Shown here: positions 7,013 to 10,992 of the stretch, one piece after another
Numbering within the stretch: the first letter of the stretch is position 1
Layout of the letters: the number at the start of each line of letters is the position of its first letter
Origin: Alphaproteobacteria bacterium
GTDB lineage: Bacteria; Pseudomonadota; Alphaproteobacteria; UBA828
Direction of reading: 5' to 3'
NCBI GenBank assembly: GCA_965220745.1
Contig: CBDCQT010000002.1
Coordinates: 1 to 10,992 of the forward strand
DNA: 10,992 nt
The notes under the pieces: generated by a model
Told to the model about the DNA's origin: nothing
Database searches by the model: none
The model's input: the letters and a program-made list of their open reading frames with translations, nothing else
Made by a program: the position numbers and the translations under genes

Positions 7013-7771
7013 ATGAGGCTTAAGGGCAAGCGGGCACTGATCACGGGCGCGATGGGCGGCATCGGCCGCAAGGTCGCCGAGCGCTTTGCCGCTGAAGGGG
7101 CGGAGTTGGCGTTGGCGGATGCGGTCTCGGGCGAGAGTCCCGTCGCCGGCGCGCGCTGTTACCAAGCGGACCTCAGCAGTGTCGCAGAGTGCCGGCGCCT
7201 CGCTGCCGAGGTGGAGGCCGATCTCGGCCCCATCGATCTGCTCGCCAACTGCGTCGGCGTGTTCGAGCAGGCGCCGTTCGACGAGACCACCGAGGAGAAC
7301 TGGGACCGCAACGTCGATATCAACTTGAAGGGCGTGTTCTTCCTCATCCAGGCGGTGGTGCCGCAGATGCGCCAGCGCGGCGGCGGACGCGTCGTCAACA
7401 TCACGTCGATCGCCGCCATTCAGGGGTTCGGTACCGCCCAGGCCTATTGCGCGGCGAAGGGCGGGCTCCTCAACCTCACACAGGCATTGGCCATGGCGCT
7501 CGCGCCCGACGGCATCAACGTCAATGCCGTGGGACCCGGCTTCATCCGCACGCAGATGACCGAGCACCAATGGACCGACGACGCCTTCAACGCCGGCCTC
7601 GCCCGTATGCTGGCCACCCGCAAGGGCTACATGGAGCCCGACAATATCGCCGCAGCCGTGCTCTTCCTCTGCTCGGACGATGCCGCCCATATCCACGGCA
7701 CCAATCTGCGCGTGGACGACGGCTGGCTCTCCGGAATCTCGGGTGCCGCGTTCTCGGACACCCACGCCTGA
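7013..7771 (+). CDS. Classical SDR-family NAD(P)-dependent oxidoreductase, 252 aa
   Basis: TGAMGGIG Rossmann motif; Asp after beta2 (LALAD) suggests NAD preference; catalytic N (INLKG), S (ITSIA) and YCAAK; VNAVGPG; RBS GGGAGG at 7001-7006. Confidence 0.93.
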   Translation: MRLKGKRALITGAMGGIGRKVAERFAAEGAELALADAVSGESPVAGARCYQADLSSVAECRRLAAEVEADLGPIDLLANCVGVFEQAPFDETTEENWDRNVDINLKGVFFLIQAVVPQMRQRGGGRVVNITSIAAIQGFGTAQAYCAAKGGLLNLTQALAMALAPDGINVNAVGPGFIRTQMTEHQWTDDAFNAGLARMLATRKGYMEPDNIAAAVLFLCSDDAAHIHGTNLRVDDGWLSGISGAAFSDTHA

Positions 7772-7805
7772 CGCCCGAGGCCGCAGACACGACGAGGACG
7801 GCGCG

Positions 7806-8837
7806 ATGAAGTTCGGTCTGCTCTTCGCTCACCAGGTGCCGCCGGAGAGCGGCATCGCGAGCCAGGAAACCTACCGGGACATGCTGCGCTGCCTGCCGCG
7901 GGCGGAGGAGCTGGGCTACGTCTCGGCCTTCCAGTGCTCCCACCATGTCCAGAAGGACAGCTTTTGCCCCGGCCCGCTGGTGGCGATGGCCGGCGCCGCA
8001 GCGGTCACCGAGCGGATGCGGATCGGCACGGCGGTACTGCTGGTGCCGCTCTATGCCCCGCTCAAGCTCGCCGAGGATGTCGCGGTGATCGACAACCTGT
8101 CGGGCGGGCGTTTCGTCTTCGGCGTGGCGCCGGGCTACGTCTCGCAGGAGTTCACCGCCCACGGCGTGCCTCGGGAGGAGCGAGTCGGCCGATTTGAGGA
8201 GGCGTTGGACCTGATGATCCAGGCCTGGGCCGGAGAGCAGTTTTCTTTCGAGGGCCGCTACTACCGGGTGCCGGAGGGGCGGGTGACGCCGAAGCCGGTG
8301 CAAAGTCCGCATCCGCCCATCTGGTACGGAGTGTCGGCTCCCGGCTCGCTGCGCCGGGCCGCGGCGCGGCGGTGCGTGCAGATCATGTCGCCGCGCCACG
8401 GGCTCGCCGAACTGGAAGACCATTACCAACCTTACGAAGCAGCTGCCAACGACGCCGGCTGGGAGATTCCGGAGCGCCCGGTTATCCGCCAGGTCTTCGT
8501 GGCACCGACCATGGCGGAGGCGGAGGCGAAGGCCGCGCCTGCCGTGGACTACCTCTACCGCGTGCTTTACGGCGCCGCGTCGGCCGCCGGCGATCGGGTG
8601 CTGCGGCGGGACGACGGCAGCGTGATCGAAGATCCCACCGAGGTCGCATTCGCGACCTTCAAGGACCGCTACATCATCGGAGATCCCGATTTCGCGATCC
8701 GCCGCATCCAAGACTACCAGGCGGCGGTGAACCCGAGCGAGATGATCTGCTGGATGCACATGCCGGGCGTAAGTGGCGCAGACGCGATGACCTCGGCCGA
8801 GCTCTTCGCCAGCGAGGTCATGCCGCACTTCCAATAG
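7806..8837 (+). CDS. LLM-class (luciferase-like) flavin- or F420-dependent oxidoreductase, 343 aa
   Basis: MKFG, AEELGY, SHH, AAVTERMRIGTAV, PLKLAEDVAVIDNLSGGRFVFGVAPGY, PKPVQSPHPPIW, ELFASEVMPHF. Start moved from 7680 to ATG 7806 (GAGG at 7794-7797). Confidence 0.92.
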   Translation: MKFGLLFAHQVPPESGIASQETYRDMLRCLPRAEELGYVSAFQCSHHVQKDSFCPGPLVAMAGAAAVTERMRIGTAVLLVPLYAPLKLAEDVAVIDNLSGGRFVFGVAPGYVSQEFTAHGVPREERVGRFEEALDLMIQAWAGEQFSFEGRYYRVPEGRVTPKPVQSPHPPIWYGVSAPGSLRRAAARRCVQIMSPRHGLAELEDHYQPYEAAANDAGWEIPERPVIRQVFVAPTMAEAEAKAAPAVDYLYRVLYGAASAAGDRVLRRDDGSVIEDPTEVAFATFKDRYIIGDPDFAIRRIQDYQAAVNPSEMICWMHMPGVSGADAMTSAELFASEVMPHFQ

Positions 8838-8863
8838 CGCCGCAGTTCCTGATCAAGCAGACA

Positions 8864-8880
8864 ATATGGTCACATGGTTT
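8864..8880. promoter_or_regulatory. Candidate antitoxin autoregulatory operator (ATGGT-cac-ATGGT direct repeat)
   Basis: ATGGT at 8866-8870 and 8874-8878 in an AT-richer patch upstream of the antitoxin, with palindrome TGATCA at 8850-8855. Phd/YefM proteins typically bind short repeats in their own promoter. Confidence 0.3.
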
Positions 8881-8942
8881 TGCGCACGGGCATCCCGCAG
8901 CGTAGGGTCCGACGACCGCTAAGGCCTTTGAAAGCACCGGCA

Positions 8943-9218
8943 ATGGAATACGCGTTGCGCGACGCGAAAGCGCACCTCTCGAAGCTCGTTCGGGACGCCC
9001 AGAACGGCGAGCGCGTTGTCATCACCAAGCACGGCAAGCCAGTCGTCGAGCTCGTACGCTGTCACAGGCGCGGGGGAATCGATTTCGACAAGCTGGACGC
9101 TGATCGCCGTCGACTTGGGATCGAGGACGCCTCTCCGGAAGAGGCCGAGGCGATGATAGCCGCCTTTCACGACCCCGCGCTCAGCCGCCGGCTGCTCGGA
9201 CTAGGGGGCGAGAAATAG
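8943..9218 (+). CDS. Type II toxin-antitoxin Phd/YefM (prevent-host-death) family antitoxin, 91 aa
   Basis: N-terminal signature [34 protein letters not shown]. The domain begins at ATG 8943; an upstream in-frame ATG at 8874 is possible. Confidence 0.88.
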   Translation: MEYALRDAKAHLSKLVRDAQNGERVVITKHGKPVVELVRCHRRGGIDFDKLDADRRRLGIEDASPEEAEAMIAAFHDPALSRRLLGLGGEK

Positions 9219-9237
9219 TGAACCAACAAGGCGTAGC

Positions 9238-10917
9238 ATGAGCGCAGGTGACGACTTCATTCGGGCGGTGGTCCGCGCCGACCTCGAAGCCGGGCGGCAC
9301 GACGAGGTGGTGACGCGCTTTCCGCCCGAGCCCAACGGCTATCTGCACATCGGGCATGCCAAGTCGATCTGCCTCAACTTCGGCGTGCCGCAGGAGTTCG
9401 GCGGGCGCTGCCACATGCGCTTCGACGACACCAACCCCACCAAGGAAGAGCACGAATTCATCGAGGCGATCCTGGAGGACGTGCGCTGGCTCGGCTTCGA
9501 CTGGGGCAGCCATCTCTATTTCGCCTCCGACCATTTCGAGCGCCTCTATGAGTGGGCCGAGCACCTGATTCAGAGCGGCGACGCCTACGTGGACGATCTT
9601 TCGGCCGAGGAGATCCGCGCCCATCGTGGCACGCTCACCGAGCCGGGGCGCGACAGTCCGTATCGCACCCGCCCGGCCGAGGAGAGCCTCGATCTCTTCC
9701 GCCGCATGCGGGCCGGCGAGTTCCCTGAGGGCGCGCGGGTGCTGCGCGCGAAGATCGACATGGCGTCGGGCAACATCAACATGCGGGACCCCGTGCTCTA
9801 CCGCATTCTGCACGCGGCCCACCCGCGCACCGGCGAGGACTGGTGCATCTACCCGACCTACGATTTCGCGCACGGACAGTCGGACGCGATCGAGGGCGTG
9901 ACGCATTCGCTCTGCACGCTTGAGTTCGAGGATCACCGCCCGCTCTACGACTGGCTGATCGAGCACCTGCCGGTGCCGATGGTGCCGCGGCAATACGAGT
10001 TCTCGCGCCTCAACCTCAGCCACACCGTGCTCTCCAAGCGGCGGCTCACGCAGATGGTGGAGGAGGGCAGGGTGGACGGCTGGGACGACCCCCGGATGCC
10101 GACCCTGCGCGGCTTGCGTCGGCGCGGCGTCCCGCCCGAGGCGATCCGCGACTTCGTGGGGCTGCTCGCCATCTCCAAGACCAGCGACAACTTGGTGGAG
10201 CAGGCCATGCTCGATCACGCGGTGCGCGAGCGGCTGAACAAGACCGCGCCGCGCCGCTTCGGGGTGCTGCGCCCGCTCAAGCTCACGATCGAGAACTACC
10301 CGGACGGCGAGGGCGAGTGGGTCGACGCCCTCAACAACCCCGAGGACCCGGATGCCGGCACCCGGCAGGTCCGCTTCAGCCGCACGCTCTACGTCGAGGC
10401 GGACGACTTCATGGAGGACCCGCCCAAGAAATTCTTCCGGCTGGCGCCGGGCCGCGAGGTGCGGCTGCGTTACGGCTATCTCGTGACCTGCCGGGAGGCG
10501 GTCAAGGATTCGTCAGGCGCCGTCACCGAGCTGCGCTGCACCTACGACCCCGAGACCCGCGGCGGCCAGGCGCCGGACGGGCGCAAGGTGAGGGGCGCCC
10601 TGCACTGGGTCTCGGCGGCGGATTCGGTGGAGGCGGAGGTGCGGCTCTACGACTCCCTCTTCGCCAAGCCGCTGCCGGGTACGGACGGCGGCGAGTTGTG
10701 GGACGACCTTAATTCAGCCTCGCGCACCGTGCTGACCGGCTGCCGGATCGAGCCGGGCCTCGCCGACGCGGCGCCCGGTGAGACGGTGCAGTTCGAGCGG
10801 CAGGGATATTTCTGCCCCGATCCGGACTCCACGCCCGAGCGGCCGATCTTCAACCGCACCGTGGGACTGCGCGACTCCTGGGCGCGGCAGCAAGCGCGGG
10901 CGAAGCGCCAAGACTGA
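9238..10917 (+). CDS. glnS: Glutamine--tRNA ligase (GlnRS), 559 aa
   Basis: [17 protein letters not shown] (HIGH), [40 protein letters not shown] (KMSKS equivalent), [44 protein letters not shown]. No C-terminal YqeY extension. Confidence 0.97.
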   Translation: MSAGDDFIRAVVRADLEAGRHDEVVTRFPPEPNGYLHIGHAKSICLNFGVPQEFGGRCHMRFDDTNPTKEEHEFIEAILEDVRWLGFDWGSHLYFASDHFERLYEWAEHLIQSGDAYVDDLSAEEIRAHRGTLTEPGRDSPYRTRPAEESLDLFRRMRAGEFPEGARVLRAKIDMASGNINMRDPVLYRILHAAHPRTGEDWCIYPTYDFAHGQSDAIEGVTHSLCTLEFEDHRPLYDWLIEHLPVPMVPRQYEFSRLNLSHTVLSKRRLTQMVEEGRVDGWDDPRMPTLRGLRRRGVPPEAIRDFVGLLAISKTSDNLVEQAMLDHAVRERLNKTAPRRFGVLRPLKLTIENYPDGEGEWVDALNNPEDPDAGTRQVRFSRTLYVEADDFMEDPPKKFFRLAPGREVRLRYGYLVTCREAVKDSSGAVTELRCTYDPETRGGQAPDGRKVRGALHWVSAADSVEAEVRLYDSLFAKPLPGTDGGELWDDLNSASRTVLTGCRIEPGLADAAPGETVQFERQGYFCPDPDSTPERPIFNRTVGLRDSWARQQARAKRQD

Positions 10918-10992
10918 GCCGCACTCTTCACCAGGGTCAGAGGCTGGGTCGCACGAGAGTGCTATACGTTCCTAGTCGAAGTCGGAAGCGAA

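Noticed and set aside
3976-10218. Other long overlapping ORFs (3976..5286, 4730..5590, 5154..6683, 6968..7765, 7587..8834, 9181..10218)
   Set aside because: Each overlaps a well-supported gene in another frame or strand. None has PIN, RelE or Fic motifs, so none is the missing toxin.
10921-10968. GCACTCT/AGAGTGC inverted repeat after glnS and TGcTATACG -10-like motif
   Set aside because: The 7-bp arms have a long loop and no U-tract, so it is not a convincing terminator. The downstream gene lies outside the window.
1-10992. CRISPR array, tRNA/rRNA, transposase or integrase
   Set aside because: No regularly spaced direct repeats, cloverleaf or recombinase motifs were seen.

Overview
GC-rich bacterial window, probably from an alphaproteobacterium (inferred from the repeat type and gene style, not proven). 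It holds ten credible CDSs. In order: a fused E1 alpha/beta TPP-dependent 2-oxoacid/acetoin dehydrogenase (+); an inverted pair of REP-like palindromes; an isochorismatase-family cysteine hydrolase (-); a secreted DUF1524/HNH-type nuclease with an EF-hand-like loop and an Excalibur Ca-binding tail (-); a two-gene unit of a mandelate racemase-subgroup enolase and a TfdA/SdpA-like 2-oxoglutarate dioxygenase (+); a 62-nt AT-rich palindrome; a three-gene redox unit of a PPOX-class putative F420 enzyme, an SDR and an LLM oxidoreductase (+); an orphan Phd/YefM antitoxin; and glnS. The most unusual items are the toxin-less antitoxin joined to glnS by a 7-codon ORF that overlaps both genes, the unexplained palindrome at 6402-6463, the nuclease with two Ca-binding loops, and the putative F420-linked operon. 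All family calls come from motif reading and recall, not database searches.
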